Below, piece after piece: positions 63,801 through 64,000 of a stretch of 64,000 nucleotides of DNA. The notes under the pieces were generated by a model. It was not told the DNA's origin and made no database searches. It worked only from the letters and a program-made list of their open reading frames with translations. The DNA is taken from the NCBI GenBank assembly GCA_036654235.1, contig JAVVSK010000005.1:31650-95649 (forward strand), given 5' to 3'. The position numbers and the translations under genes were made by a program. Numbering within the stretch: the first letter of the stretch is position 1; each line of letters opens with the position of its first letter. This stretch comes from Clostridia bacterium. GTDB taxonomy: Bacteria > Bacillota > Clostridia > Christensenellales > CAG-138.

Positions 63801-64000
63801 AGCAGAAGAAAACATTACTTTCATTTCAATAACCTGTGATAATGACGGAGTATTATATGGGCTTTCAAATTTAGGCGGTTTTTATAGGATAGATAAAGAG
63901 AATGGTGCTTGCGAATTAGTTAAACAATATGAGGGTTATCAATTTGCAAATCACGCGTCAACCATGGTATATGACGCAAATGATGACGTTATTTATCAAG
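60820..64000 (+). CDS. Large secreted/cell-surface protein with three Big_2 (bacterial Ig-like) domains, beta-propeller-like repeat modules, and jelly-roll/PPC-like modules; 3' end outside window
   Basis: ATG 60820 lies 8 nt after GGAGG. I translated 1060 codons to the window edge without meeting a stop. Signal peptide MKKMLSMLMLLCLVLQIIQPAFA. Big_2-like segments lie at about 61760-62013, 62467-62718 and 63115-63372 (e.g. VSWTSSNQSAVTISASGLMSAVGLGVSTISVTSEDG). Absent from the ORF track because no stop falls in the window. Confidence 0.8.
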   Translation, partial: MKKMLSMLMLLCLVLQIIQPAFAALPQDAQKNKTMQSITLSKNGGRVCAASDAANLMQREPDAPKVSENNSEAKDFPTMFAFEESGLYWETIKTWISFSAGNPAIVEIKSPPTDDVYASEYFDGTLYGVVKKDLEDGSHYYFGTIDTETYVFTSIVETELTQEMAYDYSTNTMFAVCMQKLVTVDLTTGAFTEVGTVAMQDTPIALAITTEGLMYAVEILSGDFYSIDKTSGAATLIGNTGYRPDFIQSATFDHSSQTMYYALYDPSFVGRLCAMDLNTGRARVINVIDERGAAEATGLHIRIPKNSAVVPEKVPVTGIEVNSENAKIILGKTFNYDVTVYPTDAYVNRTVSWTSSNQSAVTISASGLMSAVGLGVSTISVTSEDGSFTKSWEITVISQEDSINYVNEAASSDKEVLSFTNHEEYPFEIAIEDGRYCVSNTNEFTHQEATIFSLELDVVGGSKVNFDWKTDLGYGYGDEFLFKPIEPDGHFWNGNFLWGSTSWNSGEYYFPRTGKYTLTWEYENLTAPPAFGYTSKVYIDNVRVTMAEGVPATALEVLDQHNYLYIGDDGRLNPIFVPDNAEFSNVLYTSSDPNIANVDEHGAILATGAGETSIEARIEGTDLVAFSEIHVQEKVDCIPYSELDYSATIGTGTYISRIGKCTSTRAILPVSELESFSGKEAYCLGFSTELNKEAGYQIAFSASGNNAMSALFIMNENFEVIGTLTWAEMRFLAPADGTYYFLLASLDEGWDPAATVQLDITESKYIHVDGLSFEADSTVATVDRIASTPEYTITPNDAENKNVIFSSSDENIFKVDEKTGNIWGVSEGTATFTITSEDGGFTDTIEVTVKNAAPIEDDGKLYAYKAIYAYGLGQTSGFVSIDKEDPSIFTVEGFTDTESIPNGTYYNGIIYAFEGYHPILAAPVYEAFDAVTFELITMAPIQNFNKLGNMTIDYTTKTTFITYIDFEIDFGMCKLGTVDLLTGNVTPVAQTLNAAEENITFISITCDNDGVLYGLSNLGGFYRIDKENGACELVKQYEGYQFANHASTMVYDANDDVIYQ

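Noticed and set aside
1-64000. Looked window-wide for CRISPR arrays, IS or transposase genes, prophage genes, reverse transcriptases (retron/DGR), and defence or toxin-antitoxin cassettes.
   Set aside because: I saw no regularly spaced direct repeats. No ORF has transposase, integrase-plus-cargo, RT, nuclease-NTPase or similar motifs. The only recombinase is a lone Xer-like gene without flanking att-like repeats.

Overview
Low-GC, Firmicutes/Clostridia-like chromosomal window from a spore-former (ytfI/ytfJ/dacB present). It is almost entirely housekeeping. In window order: PhzF-like gene (3' part), smpB, mfd, pth, polysaccharide deacetylase, M23 peptidase, OmpR-type two-component pair, TtcA-like PP-loop ATPase, glyQS, yajC, PTS-EIIC-like permease, ANT(6)-like nucleotidyltransferase, Xer-like tyrosine recombinase, YpsA-like SLOG protein, M32 carboxypeptidase, M23 lipoprotein, HD hydrolase. 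Next comes a compact RNA operon (tRNA-Val, a probable 6S RNA, tRNA-Gln). Then uvrB, uvrA, nitroreductase, mreC, mreD, PBP2, deoB, rluB-type synthase, dacB-type carboxypeptidase, ytfJ, ytfI-like gene, aqpZ, an isolated fnlABC/capEFG (UDP-L-FucNAc) operon followed by decayed gene remnants, nadK-argR-recN, a hypothetical gene with feoA lying divergent from feoB, glyA, and a purE-C-M-N-H-D-L operon. The window ends with a long ArsR-type regulator and a secreted Big_2-domain protein of more than 1060 aa. That last ORF runs off the 3' edge, so it is missing from the supplied ORF track. I found no CRISPR array, IS or transposon, prophage, reverse transcriptase, or recognisable defence or toxin-antitoxin cassette, and no convincing undescribed multi-gene system. 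The most interesting items are: (1) a probable 6S RNA between two tRNAs under one promoter and one terminator; (2) mfd, whose conserved N-terminus has no canonical start codon; (3) a partial duplication of the nadK 5' end; (4) a perfect 24-bp hairpin in a 0.5-kb non-coding stretch; (5) the orphan fnl operon with eroded flanks; (6) the large surface protein and its adjacent regulator. All function calls rest on my own reading of translated motifs; no database search was run.
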